Below, piece after piece: positions 40,699 through 51,200 of a stretch of DNA of 64,000 bases; position 1 is the stretch's first letter, and every line of letters starts with the position of its first letter. The position numbers were made by a program, and so were the translations under genes. The notes below the pieces were generated by a model. That model had not been told where the DNA came from and did not search any database. It saw only the letters and a program-made list of their open reading frames with translations. The stretch spans positions 1,240,001 to 1,304,000 of the forward strand of contig NW_027138407.1 of assembly GCF_035084215.1 (NCBI RefSeq), in the 5' to 3' direction. The DNA comes from Heptranchias perlo (lineage: Eukaryota).

Positions 40699-42239
40699 CT
40701 GTTTGAACAAATGCACCAGAAGAAATGAGTGGAGTACAAGAAGTGACATCGAACAGTTTACGCGAAAAGCGCAATTTTAGAAGATGAAAGTCTTTCAGTC
40801 TCTCACTCTCCACCTTCGAAAATTGTGTTGTGCATATTCTCAAACACTTAACGCATCCATATAGTTTGCCTCTGTTCTACTATCTGTATTACATAGAATT
40901 ACATACAATGCACAGGACAGAAACAGGCCATTCGGCCCAACTGGTCCATGCTGGTGCCTCTGCTACATACGAGCCTTCTCCCACCCGTCTTTATCTCAGC
41001 CTATCAACATATCCTTATATTCCTTTCTCCCTTATATTCCTTTATCTAGCTTCCCTTTAAATGTATCTAAACTATTTGCCTCAACTATTACTTGTGGTAG
41101 CGAGCTCCACGTTCTCTCGACTCTCTGGGTAAAGTTGTTTCTATTGAATTCACTATTGGATTTGTTGGTGACTATCTTTTATTTATGGCCCCTAAATTTG
41201 GTCTCCCTCACGAGTGGAAACATCTTCTCTACGTCTGCCCTACCAACCACTTTCATAATCCTAAAGACCTCGATCTGGCCAGCCCTCAGCCCTCTGTTTT
41301 CTAGAGAAAAGAGACCCAGCCTTTCCTGATAGATATAGTTACCATTGTAAGTTGCGATGTCAACATTTCCTGTTCAATCTTTCTCATTCAACTGTAACAA
41401 TGCAGTTTTTAATAAGAATCTCGGGCTATGGGCGTCGCTGGCAAGGCCGGCATTTATTACCCATCCTCAGTTGCCCTTGAGAAGGTGATGATGGGCCTTC
41501 TTATTGAACCGCTGCAGCCCTCGCGGTGAAGGGACTCCCATAATGCTGTTAGGTAGCGAGGCTCATGAATTTGAGTTAGCAACGATGAAGGTATCGAGTT
41601 GCAATCACTGTCAATTCATTTGTTGTCATAGCCTGTAAATATAGATGGCACCGGCAACCGTACCAGGGCCTTTTGGGCCAGGACCAAACATAGGAACATT
41701 AGGAACAGAAGTAGGCCATTTAGCCCCTCCAGTCTGCGCCGCCATTCAATAACGTCATGTGCCTCAAAGCCATTTTCCCACATCAGCTCCATGTACATTG
41801 ATACCCTTATCCAACAAAAATTTATCTGTCTCAGTCTTGAAAGCTCAATTGTTCCCCAGCATCCAAAACCTTTTGTGGGAGAGAACTACAGATTTCTACT
41901 ACACTTTATGTGAAATGCTTCCTGATTTCCCAACTAAATTGCCCAGCTCTAACCCACGACCTCTCGCACCTAGAAGGAAAAGTGCAGCAGGCACATGGGA
42001 ACAACACCACCTGCACGTTCCCCTCCAAGTCACACACCATCCCGACTTGGAAATATATCGCCGATCCTTCATCCTCGCTGGGTCAAAATCCTGGAACTCC
42101 CTACCTAACAGCACTATGGGTGAGACTTCACCACGCTGACTGCAGCGGTTCAAGAAGGCGGCTCACCACCACCTTCTCAAGGGCGATTAGGGATGGGCAA
42201 TAAATGCTGGCCTTGCCAGACACGCCCACACCCCATGAT

Positions 42240-43300
42240 CAAAAGGTTGTTTTTGTGACTGGAAGCCTGTGGCCAGTGGGGTACCACAGGGATCGGTGCT
42301 GGGTCCCTTGCTGTTTGTGGTCTACATTAATGACTTGGATATGAATGTAAAAGGTATGATCAGTAAGTTCGCTGATGATACAAAGATTGGTAGGGTGGTA
42401 AATAGCGAGGAGGATAGCCTCAGTCTGCAGGGCGATATAGATGGGTTGGTCAGATGGGCGGAACAGTGGCAAATGGAATTTAACCCGGAAAAGTGCGAGG
42501 TGATGCACTTTGGAGGGACTAACAAGGCAAGGGAATACACAATGAATGGGAGGACCCTAGGCAAGACAGAGGGTCAGAGGGATCTTGGTGTGCAAGTTCA
42601 CAGATCCCTGAAGGCGGCGGAACAGGTAGATAAGGTGGTAAAGAACGCATATGGGATACTTGCCTTTATTAGCCGAGGCATAGAATATAAGAGCAAGGAG
42701 GTTATGATAGAGCTGTATAAAACACTGGTTAGGCCACAGCTGGAGTACTGTGTGCAGTTCTGGTCGCCACACTACAGGAAGGATGTGATCGCTTTGGAGA
42801 GGGTGCAGAGGAGATTCACCAGGATGTTACCAGGGCTGGAGCGCTTCAGCTATGAAGAGAGACTGGGAAGATTGGGTTTGTTTTCCTTGGAGCAGAGGAG
42901 GCTGAGGGGGGACATGATTGAGGTGTACAAAATTATGAGGGGCACAGATAGGATGGATACTAAGGAGCTTTTTCCCTTCGTTGAGGGTTCTATAACAAGG
43001 GGACATAGATTCAAGGTAAAAGGCGGGAGGTTTAGAGGGGATTTGAGAAAGAACTTTTTCACCCAGAGGGTGGTTGGAGTCTGGAACTCACTGTCTGAAA
43101 GGGTTGTGGAGGCAGGAACCCTCACAACATTCAAGAAGCATTTGGATGAGCACTTGAAATGCCATAGCATACAAGGCTACGGACCAAATGCTGGAATATG
43201 GGATTAGAGTAGGCAGGGCTGATGGCCGGCGCGGACACGATGGGCCGAAGGGCCTCTATCCGTGCTGTATAACTCTATGACTCTATGACTCTATGACTCT
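42240..43300 (+). mobile_element. Young 5'-truncated CR1 LINE with an uninterrupted 312-aa ORF2 C-terminus
   Basis: ORF 42269-43207 has SGVPQGSVLGP, KFADDTK and LVRPQLEYC; perfect (gactctat)n 3' tail. Confidence 0.93.
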
Positions 43301-43899
43301 AAATAAACAAATTGTAAGTTTATGTCGCCTAGTTATTGAATCCCCCACCAGAGGAAATATTTTATCTGTATTCAACCAATCGAATGCTTTTAATAGTTTA
43401 AACAACTCGATCAGATCACCACTCAATCTTCTATTCGCAAGGGAGTATAAGCATGTTCATTCAATCTGTCCTCAGAAATGAGTAAAAATTAGAAATTAAC
43501 GAGTGAAGGTAATTAAACATTTTTTTTCAGCTTAGCAAAATGTGGCTGGTGGGATGTGAGTAAATTCAATGTTTGTGCCTCTCTTGTTATTCAGAGGCAT
43601 ATGTAATTTCAACAGAGGCGAGAAGGAGATATCAAATTTGCTGACGCTATAATTTTGGGGGTGCGTACATGGCGGAAAAAATGGGGCAGATTGCAGGAGG
43701 ACATGCGCCGTTTAGAAGAACGGGGAAACATATGGCAAAGGGAGCTCATCGTGGACCTGTGTGAGCTCGAACATGCTTGGGGAAAAATAATCCAGAATGG
43801 AAATATAACTCGAATTGTAATGAAACAGAGAAACCGAGTGGTCCAGGGGCTTGAGATAGAGAGATATTTTAAAGTCGTGTCAAGGACAGAAATTACGCT

Positions 43900-44260
43900 G
43901 TCACAACAGCAACTGCATTTATACAGCGCCTGCAACGTCCCATTGCACTTCGCAGCAGCGTTTTCGAACAAAATTTGACACATAAGACGGGAGAAGGTCA
44001 GGTGACTGTAAGCTTGGTCAAAGAGGAAGGTTTTGAGGACTATCTTCAAGGACGAGAGATATGGGGAGGCGGAGAGGTTTATGGAGGAAATTCCAGAGCT
44101 CACGGTCCAGGCAGCTGAAGGCACAGCCGCCAATTGTAAGACGAAGGGGGTGGGGGATATACAGGAGGCGGGAATTGGAGGAATCCAGAGTGCTCGGAGG
44201 CTTGTAGGGCTGGAGGAGGTTAAGGTGATAAGGAGGTGCGAGGTCATGGAGGGATTTGAG
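43900..44260 (-). mobile_element. L2-group LINE 3' fragment
   Basis: Reverse complement of the 1490/11600 element 3' end. Confidence 0.65.
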
Positions 44261-44364
44261 CTCCAGGTTATTTTAAACAAGAGGGCTCATCATACTAAGT
44301 GGCTGATGACGCACTTGTGCAAAGCGTTTTTTGGGTCTCAACTGGAGCAATGTATGGATCTAGA

Positions 44365-46170
44365 ATCATAGAAAATTATAGACAATTTACGGCACAGAAG
44401 GAGGCCATTCGGCCCATCGTGTCCGCGCCGGCTGAGAAACGAGCCACACAGCCTAATCTCACTTTCCCGCATTTGGTCCATAGCCCTGCAGGTTACGACT
44501 CTTCAGGTGCACATCTGTTGAATGAGTTGAGGGTTTCTGCCTCTATTACCCTCCCTCAGGCAGTGAGTTCCAGACCAACACCACCCTCTGGGTGGAAAAA
44601 TCTTTCCTAATTTCCACCCTAATCCTGCTACCAATCAGTTAAATCTATGCCCCCTGATTATTGACCCCTTCGTTAAGTGAAATAGGTCCTTCCTATCCAC
44701 TCTATCTAGGCCCCTCATAATTTAACTCCAGCCTATCCTCAAAATAACCCCAGCCAATCCAATCTGCCATCATAACTAAAATTCTCCAGTCCTGGCAACA
44801 TCCTCGTAAATCTTCTCTGCAACCTCTCTAGTGCAATTACATCCTTCGTGTAATGTGGTGACCAGAAATGTGCGCAGTACTCAAGCTGTGGCCTAACTAG
44901 TGTTTTATACAGTTCCAGAATAACATCCCTGCTTTTATATTCTACGCCTCGGCTGATAAAGGAAAGCATTCCGTATGCCTTCTTAACCACCTTATGTGTA
45001 TGCCCTGCTACCTTCAGGGATCTGTCGACATGCACTCCAAGGTCCCTCACCTCCTCTACACCTCGCAGTTTCCTCCCATTTATTGTGTATTCCTTTGCCT
45101 TCATTTGCCACTTTTCTGCCCACCTGACCAGTCCATTGAAATCTACATGAAACCTACAGCTTCCCTTCTCACTATCAAGCACACGACCTATCTTTGTGTC
45201 ATCCGCAAATGTCTAAATCATGCCCCCTACCTTTAAGTCCGAATCGTTAACGTATACCACAAAAAGCAAGGGCTCAGTACGGAGCCTCGCGGCACCCCAC
45301 TGGAAACAGCCTTCCAGTCGCAAAAACACCCGTCGACCATTATACTTTGCTTCCTGCCATTGAGTCAATTTTGGATCCAATTTGCCACATTCCCTTGGAT
45401 CTGATGGGCCTTTACTTTTTTGACCAATCTGCCATGTGGGGCCTTGTCAAAAGCCTTGCTAAAATCTATGTAGTCTACATCAATTGCGCTACCTTATCGG
45501 CCCTCCTTGTCACCTCCTCGACAAATTCAATCAAGTTAGTCAGACACGACCTCCCTTTAACAAATCCGTGGTGACTGTCCTTGATTAGTCTGTGCCTTTC
45601 CAAGTGACAGTTTATCCTGTCCCTCAGAATTGATTCCAATAATGTGCCCACCACGGAGGTTAGGCTGACTGGCCTGTAATTACTCGGTCTATCCTTTGTT
45701 CCCTTTTTAAACAATGGTACATTAGCAGTCCTCCAATCCTCCGGCACTACGCGTGTATCCAGTGAAGTTTGGAAAATGATTGTTAAAGCCTCCGCTATTT
45801 CCTTCCTGGCTTCTTTTAACAGCCTGGGATACATTTCATCCAGCCCTGGTGATTTATCCAATTTCAAAGAAATTAATCCCCTTAATAGCTCCTCTCTCAC
45901 TAAGTTTATCCTGTCCAATATTTCACACTCCTCCCCCTCAACTTCAATCCCTGCATCATCCCTCTCCTTTGTGAAGACAGATGCAATGTATTCATTATGG
46001 ACCATACCCACATCTTCCGCTTCCACACATAGTTTACCTTTTTGGTCTCGAAAAGGCCCTACTCTTTCCTTAGTTATCCTCTTTCTCTTAATTTTAATTA
46101 TAAAACATCTTTGGCTTTACTTTGATTTTACCTGCTAATATTGTTTCATGCCCTCTCTTTGCTTTCCTCA
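44365..46170 (-). mobile_element. CR1 LINE fragment, degenerate
   Basis: KSPGLD, NYRPVSLTSVV, HGFVKGRSCLTNL and LVRPQLEYC motifs in broken ORFs. Confidence 0.9.
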
Positions 46171-46689
46171 TTTCCTGTGGGAATCTTGTTTTAAGAATGG
46201 ATATTCAAGCATTGAAGAGGTGCAACAGATAATAAATAGTTTGATAAAGGCATGTGCGGATTTATCGATGACGGACTTGGGAAAACTAAGGCTTTATTCA
46301 ATGGGGCACAGAAATACATTAGAAATCTTCCAAATCTGGACAAGTTTCAGAAGATAAAGGGGTTAAAATTCAACTTCTATGCCTCGCAAAATAGGCAGTA
46401 GAGACATCGGTTGATCATTGTACAACAATGCAAAGGAAAATCAGACAGGGTGTATAAGCGGAGGACAATACCCAACCGGCCACTTTGCGCCACCGCCGAA
46501 GTTGCATTTTACACCCAAATAGTACGAGGCTATTTTCAGTGTCTGGTGCAAGTGTGGCGTTGCGGATCAGCCTCCGGTTATAGGAATGGGAATCGAGATA
46601 TTTACTTTATTGATTGCCAAGTTTATTGCTTACAATATTGTTAATAACACATTGTATTCTGCATGTGCTTTGGGGTGATCAGTCTTACC

Positions 46690-46799
46690 TTAAAATAAGC
46701 ACAATCTGGCCGTCAGCAGGACATTGAAAGCAATGCACTTCAATAAGAGAACTCTCAATCCCATCACAGTCAAAGACAGAAAATTCATCCTCGGTAGAT
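46690..46799 (-). CDS. TRDC: TCR delta constant region exon 3 (transmembrane/cytoplasmic)
   Basis: (D)LPRMNFLSLTVMGLRVLLLKCIAFNVLLTARLCLF*: conserved alpha/delta TM Arg and Lys and FNVLLT motif. AG acceptor at 46800-46801; GT donor after the stop. Confidence 0.95.
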
Positions 46800-47001
46800 C
46801 TGTAAGAATTATCAAATTAAAGCGTTCAGTTAGTTAAACAAACGCACTGTATTCACGAAGATAAATATATCTGCACCAGAAAATTGGAATCTATTGCTCT
46901 GTCTATCTCGTTGGTTATTATACAACTATCTATCTCTCTTTTTGTTCTGTCTGTCTTTCTTTAACATATTTACCTAAACATATTTAACGTAAGGTGCTGA
47001 C

Positions 47002-47073
47002 CTGTTTGGGCGTCCTTTGTTCCTGCTCTCATATTATTTGAACGTTTTCGACAATCAGGCTTTCTGCCGCGGC
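47002..47073 (-). CDS. TRDC: TCR delta constant region exon 2 (connecting peptide)
   Basis: 72-nt phase-1 exon (G)RGRKPDCRKRSNNMRAGTKDAQT carrying the interchain Cys; AG/GT borders. Confidence 0.85.
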
Positions 47074-47254
47074 CTGCAGACAAACATTTAAATGATTTCT
47101 TGAGTAAGTTACATTGTTGTTGCTAGTGTTGTTATTATTATCACTGTCATTATTATCGTTACTCGCAGTAGTAATGGAGGAAGTAGTAATAAAGCTGTAG
47201 TATTGATTTTTTAGCCTTTTTATTAATCACAGTCGGACTTCGACAATTGTGCCA

Positions 47255-47715
47255 GCCCTGACTCATTGGCAGCAATCTGGCTTCTGAATCAGAAGATTGT
47301 GGGTTAAAATCCCATTCCAGAAACTTGAGACAATTATCCAGGCCGAAACTGCCAGTGCCAGCATTGTGAGAGCGCTGCACTGTAGGAGGTGTCGTCTATA
47401 GGATGAGATGTTCAACCGAGGCCCCATTTATCCTCCCTGGTGGGTGTGAAAGACCCCATGGTATTTCGAAGAAGAGCAGGGGTGTTCTCCTCAGTGCCCT
47501 GGTCAATATTTATCCCTCAACCAACGTCACTAGAACAGATGAACTGGTCATTATCACATTGCTTTGTTTGTGGGATCTCGCTGTGCGCATAATGGCTGTT
47601 GTATTACCGTACATTACAGCAGTGACTACACTTCAAACATTACTTCATTGTCTGTAAAGCGCGTAGGGAATTCCCGAGACCGCAAAAAGGCGCTTTATAA
47701 ATTCAAGTTCTTTAT
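47255..47715 (+). mobile_element. Near full-length tRNA-derived DeuSINE (SacSINE1-like) in Cdelta intron 1
   Basis: tRNA-like head, Deu-type core ctggtcattatcacattgct...gtgactacacttcaaa, and L2-like tail gcgctttataaattcaag. Confidence 0.75.
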
Positions 47716-47738
47716 TCATGAAACATTTTATTACTCAC

Positions 47739-48059
47739 CGGCTTCAGAATCCTGGCTGTCGCTTTTTGCATAGTAAGATTGAGCCCTGTGTTTTGCCTCA
47801 CATGTGACATTTACTGAATGTTTGGATGAATTGAAAGAGAGGAACCCTGAGCTCCTGTAATACCCGTTGTTTAATAAGTGACTGGATCTCGTGACATTGA
47901 TCTTTGGGACAGTGGTCGTATCCATGAAGAGCCCAATCTCTTTGGGGGAGAATTCCGATACCAAACATACCGCCGCCGTGTCGGTACTCTCCCTGTCCCC
48001 TCTTTGTATCAGGGGCGGGTAAAAGACCGACACGGTTGGCTCTTTCGGAGTTTTGTCCT
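47739..48059 (-). CDS. TRDC: TCR delta constant region exon 1 (C1-set Ig domain)
   Basis: 321-nt open phase-1 exon DKTPKEPTVSVFYPP..AAVCLVSEFSPKEI..NGYYRSSGFL..VNVTCEAKH. Both Ig cysteines are present, which favours delta over alpha. Confidence 0.92.
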
Positions 48060-48962
48060 CTGAAAATTAAAGAATTCAACAATGTGAGCACAGAGCGATA
48101 CATCCACAAATGACTGATAATGAAATTCGATAATAACATAATAGTCCACACATGTTTAAAGAAAAGCAGCCACTCGAGCCTGTTCCACTCTTCGAATAGA
48201 TCATAGCTGATCTGTATCTTAACTCCATTTACCCGCCTTGGTTACGTAACCCTTAATATTCTTTGCCTAAAAAAAATCTATCAATCTGTGTTTTGAAATT
48301 TTCAGTTGATCCCCAGGCTCAACAGCTTTCTGTGGAGAGAGTTCCAGATTTCCACTGCCATGTGTGTGAAGACGTGGTTCCTGACATCAACCCTAAACGG
48401 CCTGGCTCAAATTTTAAGGTTATGCCCTTTTGTTCTGGACTCCCTCACCAGAGGAATTAGTTTATCTCTATCTGGCCTATCAGATTTTTTAATCATCCTA
48501 AACCCATCAACCATTCTCCATTAAAACGAATCCCATTTTCCAATAACTCTGTGTTCAGAAATTTCTCTCATCTCCCTCCCCTTAGTGACTATTCGAAATT
48601 GATGACTCCTTGTCTTCTTAAATGGATGTGAGTTGCTCAAAACCATATATAACGTGGCAGACGTTATTTCTTCATCCACTGACTCTATTTCCCTAGCGTA
48701 AAAATATGATTTCCCGGTTTTTTTTCAGCAAATGTAGATTACTAGTTTAATTCCATGGACCACCATAATTCTCGGGATCAACCGATTTGGCTTTTGCGGA
48801 TTCGTTGTGCTTGTGTAAGGTTGGCTTTTGCGAGAAAAATCCACTCCATAATATCTAAACGTACATAGATCGCAAAATATCGGCACACAATGATCTGTGA
48901 ATCCAGATTATTGTATCTTTTTTGCAATGAATGTGTATGAGACATGGGCTATTTGAACTTAC

Positions 48963-49036
48963 TCAACTCTATACTCCAACATAAGAACATCTGTATATCC
49001 ACCGCCATCACGGTGTTAAATTTCAAAACAAGGAAC
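48963..49036 (-). pseudogene. J pseudogene (J4): 12-RSS and donor kept, FGxG lost
   Basis: Heptamer at 49009-49015, 12 bp, nonamer-like acaaggaac. The 46-nt coding part has GGGYTDVLML in a frame that does not match C; gtaagt donor. Confidence 0.55.
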
Positions 49037-49627
49037 GACCTGTGCACAGCTGAAAGTTTCTGCATACCCTGCACCAAATGAATGGGAACCCAACACAACG
49101 TCTCAAATATGATTGTTGTATGCAATGATTTAAGGTCCCCTATATTAATCCTGGAGTAATGATCAACAAGCAATATCTGGAATGATTCGGCAGACACTGA
49201 AGCCACCGCTGGTTTACTTTCGCTCGCCGATATGCGGATAGAGTAAATCTCTCGATTGGATCCAATTTATTACCTTCATGGAAGTAATGTATACTCGCGC
49301 ATAATCTCTGGAAAATTGCGTCTGATAGCGAAGGGGAAACTATCAGATTATCTGGTCATTATCACTTTGCTATTTGGAAACCTTGCTGTGGGCAAATTGC
49401 CTGCCGCATTTCCTGCATTACAACAATGAGCACACTTTTAAAATACTTCATTGGCTATAAAGCATCTTCAGACGTCCTGAGGTCGCGAAAGGCGCTATAT
49501 CAATGTAAATCGGCCTTTCTTTCTAAAAATCGCGACCGAGCTCGTCCACCAAAGGTTAGCAGATACCTTATGCCATGAATATTTTATTGTTACAAAAGGA
49601 CGTGCAATTTGCTTAAATGTTACTTAC

Positions 49628-49689
49628 TTGTCTGTACAATCACTTCAGTTCCGTCTCCAAATGTTAGTTTAGCAGCATAACCTAATTCA
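49628..49689 (-). CDS. TRDJ: TCR delta J segment (J3), canonical
   Basis: ELGYAAKLTFGDGTEVIVQT, gtaagt donor. Heptamer at 49690-49696, 13-bp spacer, tgtaaaacc. Confidence 0.9.
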
Positions 49690-49939
49690 CACAGTGATAG
49701 GTGCCTAACTGTAAAACCCTCTCTGCGCCACCAGGTCTGATTCCTGCGCATTGCTCCAGAAAGAGGACAGGTTGTTGGAAAAGTGAACTGGGCACCGCAG
49801 ACCCCCGTTAATGGGGCAAATTATCTTAACCGCGATTTAATAATAGATACCTGGTCTCGCCAACAATATTCACCAGAAGGCAAACACGTGTCTACAAGAC
49901 GGGAGGGAGAACGAGACAATATTATTATATGTTACTTAC

Positions 49940-50033
49940 CCTGTTCTAAAGTAATGCTGGTCTCACTTACGAATATTACTTTAGTGATAGTATCCCAATA
50001 TTCTGCCCATTAACAGCTGAACAGGCAGAAACC
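49940..50033 (-). pseudogene. J pseudogene (J2): FVSE replaces FGxG; degenerate heptamer
   Basis: EYWDTITKVIFVSETSITLEQ with gtaagt donor; nonamer gcagaaacc 12 bp from cccatta. Confidence 0.55.
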
Positions 50034-50492
50034 TGTTCCAGAAGCGCTGTAACTGTCTGGACTGTAGCTTAAAAGAAGCACCAGAGGCTCCAATTGTGGC
50101 CTCATCTTGCTGAATTACGCACTGGACATCTTGAGAAGTGTTGTTGAATTGCCTTTCGCCGTTACGCACACATTTCAGTGAAACATCTCCCTCTAGTACA
50201 TACGTGTGTGTTCATGCTAAGGACTGGATATTAATTTAAGGAAAAGACCCTCCTTTTTCATCAGCCACTAAATCGCCCTGAATTGAGATAAAGAAGACCC
50301 AAATCTCCACATTCCGTTGCACAATCAGTCTGGTGCCCGGTTCCAAATGTCAGCTTATCAACCCGCCCATACTCTATTATGTAAAAATATAACTCTGCGA
50401 CTTGACTGAGCTTAGTTTGAAACCGTTAAATATAAAAAAGAGAAAAAGTTGAGAGAGAGAGAGAGAGACCAAATTGGGGAGTAGGTACTTAC

Positions 50493-50555
50493 TGGGTTCC
50501 AAAATCAGCCTGGTTCCATTCCAAAACGTGAGCTTTTCATGATCTCCGTATGTTG
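50493..50555 (-). CDS. TRDJ: TCR delta J segment (J1), non-canonical FWNG motif
   Basis: TYGDHEKLTFWNGTRLILEP, gtaagt donor. Heptamer at 50556-50562, 12 bp, acaagatcc. Confidence 0.85.
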
Positions 50556-50889
50556 CACACTGTTGATCCCTATAACAAGATCCCTTGGAATCTCCTCCAC
50601 ATCGCCCAGTAACTGATCCTCTTTTTCAAGAAGGATAGAACTGGTAAGCTTAATGGCATGTCTTTATTCACCAGTGGTCTTGGAGCGTTCCCGCAATGTG
50701 AAGACTGCAATAAATATTCAGGGAAAATAAAATTGCAAAATGAACAGAATGCAAAACGGTAACGGTCCGGGGATAACCGTTGCTTGATTGTAACCAGGCC
50801 TTCCAGCGGGTTGTTGCGAATGTTGTTGTACCGTTCTGTGTCGGTGGGCAGTTATGGTACGAGCACTTAAGCAGACACAAACTACTGTG

Positions 50890-51200
50890 TGTATCGGTGC
50901 GCGGACTCAGTGCACAGTGATACACAGCGGAGTCACTCGGTTGTAATTTGGAGATAATTAACCGGCTGATTTTCTTGACAGGATCGATAGTAGCAGAAAT
51001 TCGGCCCCCGGCAGCGATTTCATTATTCCCTGCTCCTGAAGTGTGTCTCTGTAGGAGGTATTTCGGAGCCTGCCCTGGGGATTGTCTGTACCAGTGTGCT
51101 ATGTACTGACAGAGCCCTGAAAATTCGCAGCTTAAAGTAACGGTGTCACCGGCAACAGAGGTTTGTAGAGGCGGACTCTGTGACACCGATAAACTGGAAT
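50890..51200 (-). CDS. NAR-TCR supporting Vdelta (leaderless, extra CDR1 Cys)
   Basis: (D)SSLSVSQSPP..TLSCEFSGLCQYIAHWYRQ..VYHCALSPRTDT. No leader found upstream; acceptor is in phase with the NAR J donor. RSS CACAGTA (50883-50889) with a weak nonamer 23-24 bp away. Confidence 0.9.

Noticed and set aside
40580-40843. 87-aa minus-strand ORF as an alternative secretory or cytoplasmic tail for Cdelta
   Set aside because: The TM exon stops before its donor and no motif supports coding; at most a 3' UTR exon.
47739-48059. Constant exon as TCR alpha
   Set aside because: Full-length domain with both cysteines and VNVTCEAKH F-strand, only four J segments, and linkage to a supporting Vdelta all fit delta.
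50662-50710. caatgtg heptamer-like site as a possible Ddelta
   Set aside because: No credible nonamer at 12 or 23 bp and no second heptamer on the other side.
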